36,208 bases of DNA from a virus. Below, piece by piece: positions 17,836 to 27,327 of this stretch (the first letter of the stretch is position 1; each line of letters begins with the position of its first letter). The stretch lies in IMG/VR virus record IMGVR_UViG_3300046660_000306; one strand, 5' to 3'. The notes beneath the pieces are model-generated. The model was not told the DNA's origin and did not search any database. It saw only the letters and a list, made by a program, of their open reading frames with translations. The position numbers were made by a program, and so were the translations under genes.

Positions 17836-18284
17836 GTCAGGTGGGCCAGTAGGGTGTCGCGGATCAATTCAAGGTCGGCATCGGTGAAGCCCAGCACTTC
17901 CCGCTGGTCGTAGCGAACATCAGGGGCTCCCCGTTCGGCGCGATCCTTCAGGCCATATTGGTGGACGCGGGCGATGCGGGCAATCCGCCCGGTAAACCCG
18001 ACGCTGACCAGGTTGCTGTCACCCTTGGCCTTGAGATAACTGGCGGTGCGTAGCTTGCGGAACATCTTCACTTTGCGTTGGATGCGGCCTTGTTTGCCGC
18101 GCAGGTCACGTGCCTTGCGTGGAGCGTATTGGCTGCCGTCCGGGTTGCGTTGGGCGGTGACCCGCTGTTGCTGACTGCGTCGCAGCTGCTGGGCAATGGT
18201 CCTGGCCAGTTTGGTTCGAGCCGCCGGCTCGATACGGTGCAGCAGCAGGCCGGCCCAGTCCTCCAACGCGTGCAGGTCACTCAT
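17829..18284 (-). CDS. S: Tail completion / virion morphogenesis protein S (P2 gpS)
   Basis: Starts at MSDLHALEDWAGLL (ATG at 18284, overlapping the R stop by 8 nt). 151 aa. The upstream part of the track ORF is rejected. Confidence 0.8.
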   Translation of the reverse strand: MSDLHALEDWAGLLLHRIEPAARTKLARTIAQQLRRSQQQRVTAQRNPDGSQYAPRKARDLRGKQGRIQRKVKMFRKLRTASYLKAKGDSNLVSVGFTGRIARIARVHQYGLKDRAERGAPDVRYDQREVLGFTDADLELIRDTLLAHLTL

Positions 18285-18813
18285 TGGCGGGGCGCTGCGG
18301 ATGGGGGGTGGCCAACGCCACGGCATCGGTCGGTTGTGGCGCCAGCCATTCGGCGAGCAGAACGCCGTCGGCAAACACCTGGATCGGGCCTTCGATCTGT
18401 TCGTAGGGCGTGTACTGCGGCTCGGCAGCGTGTTTGACGGTGAAGGTGCCATCGTCCTGTTTCTTGACGATGACGCGTTCGGTCAACGGCAGGCTGAGGC
18501 TCATGTCGACCTTGCTGTGGTCGATAACATCGGCTTCGAACTTGATGCCCTCGGCAGACTTGTCCAGGTTGACCAGCAATTCCGATTGGTTCACGCGCAG
18601 CCAACCCAGCAGCGGCAGCATCACGCTGTCGGGATGGCCGGCGAAGTCGGTCAGGATGATCTGCAGGTCGTAGGCATATTCGAAGGACAGGCCGGCAGCC
18701 GCGGTGCAACGGATCTTGCCGTTGTCGATAAAGATCAACAGGCGATCGGGGTTGTGCTTGAGTTCTGGAATGGCAGCCAGCAGATGGGCGCGGAGACTAT
18801 CGGGCTTGTTCAT
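18277..18813 (-). CDS. R: Tail completion protein R (P2 gpR)
   Basis: Starts at MNKPDSLRAHLLAAIPEL (ATG at 18813). Synteny. Confidence 0.8.
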   Translation of the reverse strand: MNKPDSLRAHLLAAIPELKHNPDRLLIFIDNGKIRCTAAAGLSFEYAYDLQIILTDFAGHPDSVMLPLLGWLRVNQSELLVNLDKSAEGIKFEADVIDHSKVDMSLSLPLTERVIVKKQDDGTFTVKHAAEPQYTPYEQIEGPIQVFADGVLLAEWLAPQPTDAVALATPHPQRPANE

Positions 18814-19063
18814 GTTGCACCTGGTGTTGGTAAACCATATCGACCTGGGCGGCACAGTCCGCCCAAGCGGCCTCAGCGCGGTCCTGATCGGTGAGCAGGG
18901 CGCCGTTAGTGTTCGGTTCCGTCGCTGGCAGGCGGCACGGCACTACGGCCGGACAACCACTGACGATAAGCGTCGGCGCCGGTGAGGGCGGGGCGCTCGC
19001 GCAACCTGCGAGCAGCATCAGGCAGAAGCTGGGCAGCCCAATCACGAAGTTCAGAGTTTTCAC
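18797..19063 (-). CDS. lysC: Outer-membrane spanin lipoprotein (Rz1/LysC-like). It starts inside the i-spanin gene in another frame.
   Basis: Signal peptide plus lipobox LLAGC. Pro-rich mature part. Overlapped architecture as in P2 lysB/lysC. Confidence 0.8.
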   Translation of the reverse strand: MKTLNFVIGLPSFCLMLLAGCASAPPSPAPTLIVSGCPAVVPCRLPATEPNTNGALLTDQDRAEAAWADCAAQVDMVYQHQVQHEQAR

Positions 19064-19349
19064 GCTTCAATTCCTCGATCGTTCGTTCACGGCTGGCCAG
19101 GCCCTGGCGCAGTTGGTCCTGCTGAGTGCGTAGGCTGGCTTGCAGATTGCGCTCCTGTTGCAGTGAGTCGCGCAGGCTGTTCGCGGTAGACAGATTGCGG
19201 TCAGCTTCGCCTCGGGCAGTCTTGAGTTCTTCCTCTGCCAGCTCGGTGTTCTTGTCGGCGATCGCTATGCGCTGCTCCTGACCCCAAATCAATAACGCCA
19301 AGGCGCCAAGCAAGGCGAGGCCATACAGCACCTGGCGCAGGCTGCTCAT
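18906..19349 (-). CDS. lysB: Inner-membrane spanin (Rz/LysB-like)
   Basis: N-terminal TM segment LYGLALLGALALLIW followed by a long coiled coil. Located downstream of the endolysin. Confidence 0.8.
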   Translation of the reverse strand: MSSLRQVLYGLALLGALALLIWGQEQRIAIADKNTELAEEELKTARGEADRNLSTANSLRDSLQQERNLQASLRTQQDQLRQGLASRERTIEELKRENSELRDWAAQLLPDAARRLRERPALTGADAYRQWLSGRSAVPPASDGTEH

Positions 19350-19552
19350 GCGCGGTACCAGCCGAGCTTATTCATGTCGCCGACATCCAGCTGCTGCACC
19401 GGGCCGCGAATGATGATGACTTTGCGGCCTGGCATTTGGACGTATAGCGCGTTGATCAGCAGTTCCATGTCGTGCGAATCGCTATCCGGTGGCACCACCA
19501 GCAGATCGCCATCCTGTACGTTCAGTCGTTGCACAGCGTCGAAATCGATCAT
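19346..19552 (-). CDS. Hypothetical 68-aa soluble protein inside the lysis cassette
   Basis: MIDFDAVQRLNVQDGDLLVV... ATGA overlaps at both ends (endolysin stop and i-spanin start). No TM segment. Confidence 0.55.
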   Translation of the reverse strand: MIDFDAVQRLNVQDGDLLVVPPDSDSHDMELLINALYVQMPGRKVIIIRGPVQQLDVGDMNKLGWYRA

Positions 19553-20391
19553 GCGGCCTCCGGGATAGGGCAGCCGGCAGCATGCCGTTGAAAGGCGCGC
19601 TCCAACTTGATGTCGTACAGATTGCGTTGGTAATCGGGGCCGTTGTAACCCTTGGCAAACAAAGCCCATTTCTTTGCCTTGAGCGCTTTCAGCAGTGCCG
19701 GGTCGGCCTCGAGGAAACGCACGAAGGCTTCGAACTGCTCCTTTTCGTCCTTGGCCATGCGGGCGGCAAAGTCCTGCACGCTGGAGTAGCCCAGGCGTAC
19801 GGCGTGAAAGCCCATGATCTGGAAGGCGCCCCAACTGGCGGACTCCAACGCGCAGGTGTCATCGATGAGCCGGGCGTGTGCCAAGCGCTGGTGTTCAGCG
19901 GTGCCGCCGGCATATCCCCCTGCACGCGGGTTGACCAGGGCCGGATTGCTGGCCGCCAGCTGGTCGGCGTGCTGCTGTAGCTGCTCCACGTCGTCGCCAT
20001 CATGGCGAGGCAGGGCTAGTCGGCGGTACATGATATGGCGTTCGAACAGGATGACCGGCTTGCCGTTGTCCAAGAAACCCCGTCCCTGGGACTCAACCTC
20101 GTTGACCGCCATCACGCTGGCCAGCGGGATGTCGAGGCGTTTGGCGGCATTGACCAGATCCTGGTTCTTTAGCAGCTGCCGACAATCACCCCCAATCAAA
20201 CTGGCCAGTGTTTTATTGCCGGCGATGCCGTCCGCTACCAATCCCACTTTCACCTGGTAAGCACGCACTGCGGCTTCGGTGGCGTCACCGTAGTCGCCAT
20301 CGGCCACCAAATTGGCACCGTGAACATTGAGTTTTTTTTGTAGATCGCGCACCGCCTGTGAGCGGTCGCCGTGACGCAGGGCGGTGGTCAT
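19549..20391 (-). CDS. Endolysin: N-terminal peptidoglycan-binding domain plus N-acetylmuramidase-type catalytic domain
   Basis: GDRSQAVRDLQKKLN...DGDYGDATEAAVRAYQ is a PG_binding_1 pattern. The C-terminal segment ...SWGAFQIMG... is typical of the muramidase family. Confidence 0.8.
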   Translation of the reverse strand: MTTALRHGDRSQAVRDLQKKLNVHGANLVADGDYGDATEAAVRAYQVKVGLVADGIAGNKTLASLIGGDCRQLLKNQDLVNAAKRLDIPLASVMAVNEVESQGRGFLDNGKPVILFERHIMYRRLALPRHDGDDVEQLQQHADQLAASNPALVNPRAGGYAGGTAEHQRLAHARLIDDTCALESASWGAFQIMGFHAVRLGYSSVQDFAARMAKDEKEQFEAFVRFLEADPALLKALKAKKWALFAKGYNGPDYQRNLYDIKLERAFQRHAAGCPIPEAA

Positions 20392-20666
20392 TCGCTAGGC
20401 CTCAGCAGCGCGGCGACATTGCCGCGAGATCGAAAAATCAGGGTGCAGAGCAGCACGGTCGTGGTTGCCTGCCAGACGCTGACGGGAGGTCGGTACAGGA
20501 GAATCTCCAACCCGGACAAACACAGCGAAGCCCCGAACAGGCTGGCCAGCAGCGAAATGCTTCGCCGAAATCGCGCCTCTCCCCGCGAGTAGCAGGCCAG
20601 GCGCAAGGCACCCAGCAAGTAAGCCAATGCCGTCAGCAACGGGATGAGAAAGGTAATGGTCGGCAT
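20388..20666 (-). CDS. Small three-TM membrane protein in the LysA/antiholin position (holin-family)
   Basis: 92 aa with three hydrophobic helices. ATGA overlap with the endolysin start. Confidence 0.6.
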   Translation of the reverse strand: MPTITFLIPLLTALAYLLGALRLACYSRGEARFRRSISLLASLFGASLCLSGLEILLYRPPVSVWQATTTVLLCTLIFRSRGNVAALLRPSE

Positions 20667-20667
20667 G

Positions 20668-21021
20668 TCAGTTACCTCCCCGGATGCGGCGAAGGATGTC
20701 CCAGAAGTCGGCCTGTTCTACCCAGACCATGGCCTTAATGCTGATCGGAATGACCACCAAGGCGCAGCTGAAGGCCGCGCCGCCGCTGGTGATGAACGGC
20801 ACCACCAGCAGCGCCACTGGGGCAAACAAGTAGCCGACACCGCCGGAGAGCAGTAGTGAGCCGACTCTCTGCCAGGCTTTGAGATCGTGTTTCATGCTGG
20901 TCACCAGCCAGGCCCCGAGCACGGCGCCGAAAAGGGCGTTGCCATCGATCAGGGGAACGGCGGTGGCCAGGCCAAGACCCATCAATAGGCCACTGATGAC
21001 GCCGGAGGTTGGATCAGCCAT
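20668..21021 (-). CDS. Holin
   Basis: 117 aa with three or four TM helices and a charged C-terminus (RRIRGGN). Located between X and the endolysin, like P2 Y. Confidence 0.7.
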   Translation of the reverse strand: MADPTSGVISGLLMGLGLATAVPLIDGNALFGAVLGAWLVTSMKHDLKAWQRVGSLLLSGGVGYLFAPVALLVVPFITSGGAAFSCALVVIPISIKAMVWVEQADFWDILRRIRGGN

Positions 21022-21048
21022 GGTTTTGGATTCCTTGGTTAGCGGTGT

Positions 21049-21261
21049 TCAGTTCCATAGGTTCACCATCTGTCGTTGTTCTGCTTGGGGGGCCACCTCC
21101 GGCAACTGCACAAGGGTTCCGTGCGGCAGGGTGGTGCCGAGGTCAGCCAGTCCCGGATTGGCATCCAGCACGGCTTCGGTGACGCCTGCCGTGCGACCGT
21201 AGATTCGCCAGCAAATGGCATCGACCGTTTCGCCTTGATTGGCGATCACGGCGGGCATCAC
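21049..21261 (-). CDS. X: Tail protein X (P2 gpX, LysM-like)
   Basis: GETVDAICWRIYGRT.G.TE.VL.ANPGLA motif. 70 aa. Confidence 0.85.
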   Translation of the reverse strand: MMPAVIANQGETVDAICWRIYGRTAGVTEAVLDANPGLADLGTTLPHGTLVQLPEVAPQAEQRQMVNLWN

Positions 21262-21722
21262 AGAAGCTCCACGGTGGTGTGGCTGATACCAAGGAGACTG
21301 CGCAGTGCTTTGCGTGAATCTCGACGCAGTTGGTCGGCGCTGCTTTCTTCCTCGGTGACCTTCTTCTCGCCGCTATTGGTGGCGTCAAAACTGCTGTAGC
21401 GCTCCACCAATTCGGCCAGCGCGCTGCAATAAATGACTCGGCGGTAGAGGTGCAGCAGCTGGCTTTCGCTTTTGATTTGCTCGGCAGGCACGTCGGACAA
21501 CGTGGCAAAGCCCAAGGCCTGCTGGGCAGTCCGGTAGCCTGCAAGCTCTCGGTTTGCCTCGATCATGGCGTTGACCGTCGCGACCTCCAGGCGATCGTCA
21601 GTGACGGCATCGGTGATACGCATGGCGGCGCGCAAATGCTGGCCGTCAATCTCTGGCCAGAAGGTGCCGTTGCCGATCGGGAAGGCGGTTGTTGGAATGC
21701 CGCCGGCGATGAATCCGCTCAT
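21258..21722 (-). CDS. L: Head completion/stabilisation protein L (P2 gpL)
   Basis: 154 aa, synteny, and the LYRRVIYCSALAEL motif. Confidence 0.8.
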   Translation of the reverse strand: MSGFIAGGIPTTAFPIGNGTFWPEIDGQHLRAAMRITDAVTDDRLEVATVNAMIEANRELAGYRTAQQALGFATLSDVPAEQIKSESQLLHLYRRVIYCSALAELVERYSSFDATNSGEKKVTEEESSADQLRRDSRKALRSLLGISHTTVELL

Positions 21723-21826
21723 GCTTGTCGCTCGAATAGGTCGGCGGTGGTCGGGTCTTCACAGCAAGGAAAGGAGAAAACCCGCTGGTCCGTCCCGAGC
21801 CGCCGGGGTTGCGTGGGAACGCTCAG

Positions 21827-22534
21827 TTAGCTGGCAGGGCCAGCGTGTTTTTTCAGGAGGCGATCAACGCGCTCCAGATCTTTTTTGCCGCCGCAGGAGG
21901 TGTGCAGCGCAATTGCCCGGGTGAGGTTTCCCCTCGCCGATTTGAGCGTTTCCATTTGCTCAGCGGTCGGGGTTTCACCCGTAACTTGTGCAGCCAATGA
22001 TCGACCGATGGCCAGATGCAACTTGGCGCGGGCCTCATCCGGCATGTCCCGCTCCCGCGTCAGCTCCTCGGTGTCGAGCAGTGTCTGCAGGTCGAACTCG
22101 CCGCCGGCTTTCTGTGCCTTGAGGGCAGCCTCGGCTACCTCTTCGGCAATCAGGCAGCCGGTGCTGCGCGCAAAACGGTCGGGCATGATCAGGTTGTGCT
22201 TGAGCACATAGCTCGCGATCTTCAAGGCATCGGGGAATGCACCGGCATCGATCGCCCAGACCATAAGGGTGGTCATCACTTCATCCTGGGCGCCGTTGCC
22301 GCCGGCCAGGACACCCTCGATGTAGGGCTCGTAAGTCGGCAACAGTTGAATCTTGAGCGCGGCCTTGCGCTCATTGCCCTCAATGTTCTTCAAGCGCAGG
22401 CGGTCCTGCAGCAGCTGGGCCAGTTGAAGTTCGTAGGCCGTAGCACCGGCCATGCTCGTCAAGGGGGATGCGGCGGCGGCCTCCAGCTCCGCGAGAACGC
22501 GGAGCCGGTGGCGCTGAGCGAGTGAAAGCGCCAT
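21827..22534 (-). CDS. M: Terminase small (endonuclease) subunit M (P2 gpM)
   Basis: 235 aa, positioned directly after the capsid gene N. Confidence 0.8.
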   Translation of the reverse strand: MALSLAQRHRLRVLAELEAAAASPLTSMAGATAYELQLAQLLQDRLRLKNIEGNERKAALKIQLLPTYEPYIEGVLAGGNGAQDEVMTTLMVWAIDAGAFPDALKIASYVLKHNLIMPDRFARSTGCLIAEEVAEAALKAQKAGGEFDLQTLLDTEELTRERDMPDEARAKLHLAIGRSLAAQVTGETPTAEQMETLKSARGNLTRAIALHTSCGGKKDLERVDRLLKKHAGPAS

Positions 22535-22537
22535 GGC

Positions 22538-23539
22538 TTATGCCTCTTCGATGTTCTCGACCACAGCACCCAGACCGAAGTCTTCGATGACGTAAGCGTC
22601 GTTGGAGGACTGGTAGTCCGCGATGCGATCCCACTCCGGCTCGTCCTTGATGTGACGGCGGCGGGCGCTGATCTGCCAGTAGATCGACAGGTTTTTCAGG
22701 GTGGTGACCATGATCGCCTTGTCCAGGAAGAACGGCGCATCTTCGATCGGCAGGCCACCGAGGCGAGCCTTGGCGATGATCTGGGACGCCGCCAGTTCGT
22801 TCTCGTTGTCAGAGGCGCCTTCGATGTTGGCCAGGAACTTGGCGTGCAGCAGGCTGCGATCGACCAGGACAACCAGATCCGGGCGTTTGCGGTGCCATGG
22901 GTCCAGCAACTGGATGGCGTCATAGACCAGGCCATCAAGTGTCTTGTAGTCGCCGCCGGCGCCGATCGTGACCTTGCCCGCGACCGCGCCTTCGCTCATC
23001 ACGCGTTCCGGCGCATTGGTGCGGTACTTCTGAATCCAGCCGACGTTGACATCCTGCAGCAACGGGTTGGTCGCACGGTTGGTGTCGGCAGCCGCACTGG
23101 TGCCGTTGAAACCAATCATGATGCGATCGAGCGACTGGCGTTCAACGATGGCGCCCGACAGGCGTGCTTGGAAGTCCTGAAACTTGGCCCAAGCATCGAG
23201 CAGGGCATAGGGGATTGCGGTGTCGAAGTCGGTCTTTTTGCAGCTGTAAGTGTCCTTGTTCAAGGAACTCACATCACGCGGCGTACGGGCCTTCTGGTTG
23301 GTGTCAGTACGGCCAGCGATGGAGCTGCCGACACCGAGAACAATGGCTTCGCCGTCCTTTTCGTCCACGCCGATGACGTTGATTTTTTTCAGGAAGTCGC
23401 TGGCTTCCTGAATGGCGGTTTCCAGTTTTTGTTGCACCGAGGGGGTGACGGTGAAGGACTCTGCCGCCGAGCTGACGCCGTTGAGTTTGGCGACTTGTTG
23501 CAGAAGGCCGCTGTAAGCCTGACGAGTTTCATTACGCAT
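22538..23539 (-). CDS. N: Major capsid protein N (P2 gpN)
   Basis: MRNETRQAYSGLLQQVAKLNGV... N-terminus typical of gpN. 333 aa. Confidence 0.9.
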   Translation of the reverse strand: MRNETRQAYSGLLQQVAKLNGVSSAAESFTVTPSVQQKLETAIQEASDFLKKINVIGVDEKDGEAIVLGVGSSIAGRTDTNQKARTPRDVSSLNKDTYSCKKTDFDTAIPYALLDAWAKFQDFQARLSGAIVERQSLDRIMIGFNGTSAAADTNRATNPLLQDVNVGWIQKYRTNAPERVMSEGAVAGKVTIGAGGDYKTLDGLVYDAIQLLDPWHRKRPDLVVLVDRSLLHAKFLANIEGASDNENELAASQIIAKARLGGLPIEDAPFFLDKAIMVTTLKNLSIYWQISARRRHIKDEPEWDRIADYQSSNDAYVIEDFGLGAVVENIEEA

Positions 23540-23564
23540 AGGGTTCTCCGAAAAAAGACTGGGG

Positions 23565-24398
23565 TCAGAACTGGGTCAGCACTTGGTTTTCGCCACCGGT
23601 GACCGGCGGGCGATGCTGTTGGCTGTGATCAGCGGTGTTGCCGAGCTTGACCTCGAGGTCTGCAAACTTCGTTGCTAGCGCATCGTGTTTGCCGGTCAGC
23701 CCCTGCAGATCGGCCTGGGCTTTTTCGTTGGCGTCGAGCGTGCTGGCCACGGCATCCGTCAGCTGACTGATCAAGGTGCCCAGTTCGGCAAATTGCTCCT
23801 GGTCGGCGTCGTCCTTGCCTTTGAGGCGGGTGAACAGGCCGTTAATTTTTTCCTTGAGACCGGAGAACACCTGGGGCTGATCGCTGACCTCTTCGAACTC
23901 CAGTGCGACCTCTTCGGCGGCAGTAAACAGATTGTCCGAGTGGGCTTTTCGGCTGGAGAGGGTGCCGTGCTGGGCGCTGAATGACAGCGCCTCGGTGCCC
24001 AGACTGGCTGGGGTGTCGGTAATCGCCAGGCCCACCAGATAGGCCTTGCCGGTGTCGGCAAATTTCGGTTGAACCTCGATCGAGGTGTAGACCTTTTGGC
24101 CGGCCTTGTTCAGGGCGAGCAGGGCATCGTTCGGCTGGAGCTGGCCAAACAGGGCGAGTTTCTTGGCGCCGTTGATCTCGACCTCTTCGGCCTTCAAGGC
24201 CAGCACGTCGCCATAGGCACCGAACTCGCCACCTGGCCAATAGCCTTTGATGTGTTCGCAGTTGATCCGAGCACCGTAGGTGTTGGGGCTGTACTGGATG
24301 GCCATGTCTTCGATCCAGCTGCGCTCGATCTGACGGCCGTCGGTAGTCGCGCCTTCGACGGCGATGCGAGTCCACTTGGAGCGAAATTTCTTTTTCAT
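23565..24398 (-). CDS. O: Capsid scaffolding protein/protease O (P2 gpO)
   Basis: KWTRIAVEGATTDGR.I...WI.DMA..Y.P..YGARIN.EH motif. 277 aa. Confidence 0.9.
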   Translation of the reverse strand: MKKKFRSKWTRIAVEGATTDGRQIERSWIEDMAIQYSPNTYGARINCEHIKGYWPGGEFGAYGDVLALKAEEVEINGAKKLALFGQLQPNDALLALNKAGQKVYTSIEVQPKFADTGKAYLVGLAITDTPASLGTEALSFSAQHGTLSSRKAHSDNLFTAAEEVALEFEEVSDQPQVFSGLKEKINGLFTRLKGKDDADQEQFAELGTLISQLTDAVASTLDANEKAQADLQGLTGKHDALATKFADLEVKLGNTADHSQQHRPPVTGGENQVLTQF

Positions 24399-24484
24399 GG
24401 GTGAGGCCTCAATGCGTTGGCTGCGGTGGCAGGTAGCGTTGAGGCCATGGTCGGCAGCGCGCGCACGGCGAGCAATGATGACGG

Positions 24485-24507
24485 CCTGTATCCGGCAGTC
24501 CTACAGG
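24485..24507. promoter_or_regulatory. Late-promoter activator dyad CCTGTA-N11-TACAGG in the divergent O/P intergenic region (PO/PP position)
   Basis: cctgtatccggcagtcctacagg has perfect 6-bp arms. It is 57 bp from the P ATG and 98 bp from the O ATG. Confidence 0.6.
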
Positions 24508-24552
24508 TCTCGGCGTTAGGGGCTTCGCGCGCGTGACGGCAGCATCTGCGTC

Positions 24553-26310
24553 ATGAATGAAGCCGCTCACCCACCGATGGATACTCGCCGCCAGGCCAAG
24601 TTTTTGTACTGGACGGGTTGGCGCGTCACCGATATTGCCGACTTCCTGAGCGAGAAAGAGAAAACCATCCACTCCTGGAAGGCCCGCGACGACTGGGACC
24701 GGGCCGACAACGTCGAGCGCATTGGCGGCGCGTTGGAAGCCCGCTTGGTGCAACTGATCCTCAAGGAGGGCAAGTCCGGGGGCGACTTCAAGGAAATCGA
24801 TCTACTGCACCGGCAACTGGAGCGGCAGGCACGCATTCAGCGCTTCCAGGGTGGCGGGACCGAAACCGACCTCAATCCGAAGTTGGCCGCGCGCAACGCT
24901 GAACCGAAGAAACAACCCAAGCGTAACGACTTCTCCGAAGAAGACTTCGAGAAGTTGGAAGAGGCCTTTCGAGACGGTTGCTTTGAGTACCAGCTTGACT
25001 GGTACCGGTCGATGAACCAGCGCACCCGGATGCTGCTCAAGAGTCGGCAGATCGGGGCGACCTACTACTTCGCCCGTGAGGCCCTGATCGATGCGCTCAA
25101 GACCGGGCGGAACCAGATTTTTCTGTCCGCCAGCAAGGCTCAGGCCCACCAGTTCAAGAACTATATGCAGGCATTCGTCAGCGATGTGTTGGGCCGACAG
25201 CTGACGGGTGATCCGATCGTGCTGGCCAATGGCGCCGAGCTCCATTTTCTCGGGACCAACTACCGCACGGCGCAGGGCCGATCGGGCAACTTCTACTTTG
25301 ACGAATTCTTCTGGACCCACAAATTCGAGGAGCTCAACAAAGTCGCCTCGGGCATGGCGCTGCACAAGCACTGGCGCAAAACTTACTTTTCGACGCCTTC
25401 GAGCATGGCCCATGAAGCGTACAAGCTATGGACCGGCGAGCGTTTCAACAAGGGCAAACCGACCGCCCAACATCTCAAGCTGGATGTGAGCCACGACGCC
25501 TTGGGCCAGGGCCGGCTGTGCGAGGACCGTATCTGGCGCCAGATCGTTACGATCCTCGATGCCGAGCAACGTGGCTGCGATCTGTTCGACCTGGAAGAGC
25601 TGCGCTTCGAGTACAACCCCGAGCAATTCGCCAATTTGCTGATGTGCCAGTTTGTCGACGACGGCGCCTCGATCTTCCCGCTGCAAATGCTCCAGCCATG
25701 CATGGTCGATAGCTGGGTGGAGTGGGGCGAGGATTACAAACCGTTCGCCGCACGTCCCTTTGGCGATCGGCAGGTCTGGGTCGGCTACGACCCGGCCGAA
25801 ACCGGCGACAGCGCTGGGCTGATTGTCGTGGCGCCGCCGCTGGTACCGGGCGGCAAGTTCCGCGTGCTTGAGCGTCATCAGTTCCGGGGCATGGACTTCG
25901 CGGCGCAGGCTGAGGCCATCCGCCAGGTGACCAAACGCTACTGGGTGACCTACATCGGCGTCGACGTTACCGGTCTGGGCAGCGGCGTGGCCCAGCTGGT
26001 GCGCCAGTTCTTCCCGGCCGTCACCACGTTCAGTTACTCGCCCGAAGTGAAAACTCGTCTGGTGCTCAAGGCATACGACGTGATCAAGAACGGACGCCTG
26101 GAATTCGATGCCGGCTGGACCGATATGGCCTCCAGCCTGATGGCCATCCGCAAGACCATCACCGCCTCAGGGCGGCAGTTCACTTATACGGCCGGACGTA
26201 ATGACGAAACCGGTCACGCCGACTTGGCGTGGGCATTGTTCCACGCCCTGCACAACGAGCCGCTGGAAGGGCAGACCGCTGCCAACACCGGCATCATGGA
26301 GATTTGTTGA
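24553..26310 (+). CDS. P: Terminase large (ATPase) subunit P (P2 gpP)
   Basis: 585 aa. RQIGATYYFAREAL..A...G.NQIFLSASKAQA. Divergent from O as in P2. An alternative ATG at 24577 is possible. Confidence 0.9.
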   Translation: MNEAAHPPMDTRRQAKFLYWTGWRVTDIADFLSEKEKTIHSWKARDDWDRADNVERIGGALEARLVQLILKEGKSGGDFKEIDLLHRQLERQARIQRFQGGGTETDLNPKLAARNAEPKKQPKRNDFSEEDFEKLEEAFRDGCFEYQLDWYRSMNQRTRMLLKSRQIGATYYFAREALIDALKTGRNQIFLSASKAQAHQFKNYMQAFVSDVLGRQLTGDPIVLANGAELHFLGTNYRTAQGRSGNFYFDEFFWTHKFEELNKVASGMALHKHWRKTYFSTPSSMAHEAYKLWTGERFNKGKPTAQHLKLDVSHDALGQGRLCEDRIWRQIVTILDAEQRGCDLFDLEELRFEYNPEQFANLLMCQFVDDGASIFPLQMLQPCMVDSWVEWGEDYKPFAARPFGDRQVWVGYDPAETGDSAGLIVVAPPLVPGGKFRVLERHQFRGMDFAAQAEAIRQVTKRYWVTYIGVDVTGLGSGVAQLVRQFFPAVTTFSYSPEVKTRLVLKAYDVIKNGRLEFDAGWTDMASSLMAIRKTITASGRQFTYTAGRNDETGHADLAWALFHALHNEPLEGQTAANTGIMEIC

Positions 26311-27317
26311 TGACTACTGATCTGGTTGAGGCGCTGCCTGTGCAGAGTCAGGCCCATGCATTTACCTTCGGTGATCCGGTACCGGTGCTCGATGGCCGCG
26401 AGATCCTCGACTATCTGGAATGTTGGTCGAACGGGCGCTGGTACGAGCCGCCGCTGTCGCTGGATGGCTTGGCCAAGTCGACCCGGGCCAGTGTGTACCT
26501 GCAATCGGGTCTGAACTTCAAACGTAATGCGCTGGCCCGGACTTTCATTCCGCACAAATTGCTGAGCCGCCAGGCCTTCGAGCAGGTTGCCCTCGATTTC
26601 ATATGGTGTGGCAACACCTATCTGGAGAAACGCGACAACATGCTGCGTCAGGCGCTGGGGCTGTTGCCGGCGATGGCTAAGTTCGTGCGTCGTGGCATCG
26701 AGGAGGGGAGTTACTTCCAGGTGCGAGGTTGGCGCGACGAACACGAATTTCGCAAAGACAGCATCTGCCATTTGCGGGAGGCTGATATTAATCAGGAGAT
26801 CTACGGATTACCTGAGTGGCTGTCTGCACTGCAGAGCGCGCTGTTGAACGAGGCGGCGACTTTGTTCCGGCGCAAGTATTACCAGAACGGCAGTCATGCC
26901 GGCTTCATTCTGTACATGACCGACGCGGCACAGAACGAGGACTTCGTTACAGATCTGCGTAGCGCCATGAAGAGCAGCAAAGGCCCGGGCAACTTCCGCA
27001 ACCTTTTCATGTACGCACCTGGTGGGAAGAAAGACGGCATCCAGCTGATCCCCATCAGCGAGGTTGCGGCCAAGGATGACTTCGGCTCGATTAAAAACAT
27101 AAGTCGCGACGATCTGCTCGCGGCCTTACGTATTTATCCTCAACTGATGGGTATCGTGCCGCAGAACTCGGGGGGCTTTGGTTCGATGCGCGAAGCCGCC
27201 CAGGTCTGGGGGTTGAATGAACTGGAGCCGCTGCAGGCGCGCTTGCTGCAAATCAACGAATGGCTGGGCGAGGAGGTTATTCGCTTCAAGCCGTTTGAGT
27301 TAACGGCAGGGGGCTAA
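26310..27317 (+). CDS. Q: Portal protein Q (P2 gpQ)
   Basis: The ATG overlaps the P stop (TGATG). 335 aa starting MTTDLVEALPVQSQAHAFTFGDP. Confidence 0.9.
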   Translation: MTTDLVEALPVQSQAHAFTFGDPVPVLDGREILDYLECWSNGRWYEPPLSLDGLAKSTRASVYLQSGLNFKRNALARTFIPHKLLSRQAFEQVALDFIWCGNTYLEKRDNMLRQALGLLPAMAKFVRRGIEEGSYFQVRGWRDEHEFRKDSICHLREADINQEIYGLPEWLSALQSALLNEAATLFRRKYYQNGSHAGFILYMTDAAQNEDFVTDLRSAMKSSKGPGNFRNLFMYAPGGKKDGIQLIPISEVAAKDDFGSIKNISRDDLLAALRIYPQLMGIVPQNSGGFGSMREAAQVWGLNELEPLQARLLQINEWLGEEVIRFKPFELTAGG

Positions 27318-27327
27318 TCCCGATCCC

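Noticed and set aside
21723-21826. Possible terminator between M and L
   Set aside because: Only an imperfect GC-rich stem (aaccc...gggtt) followed by ttttc could be drawn, which is too weak to annotate. M and L are co-transcribed in P2.
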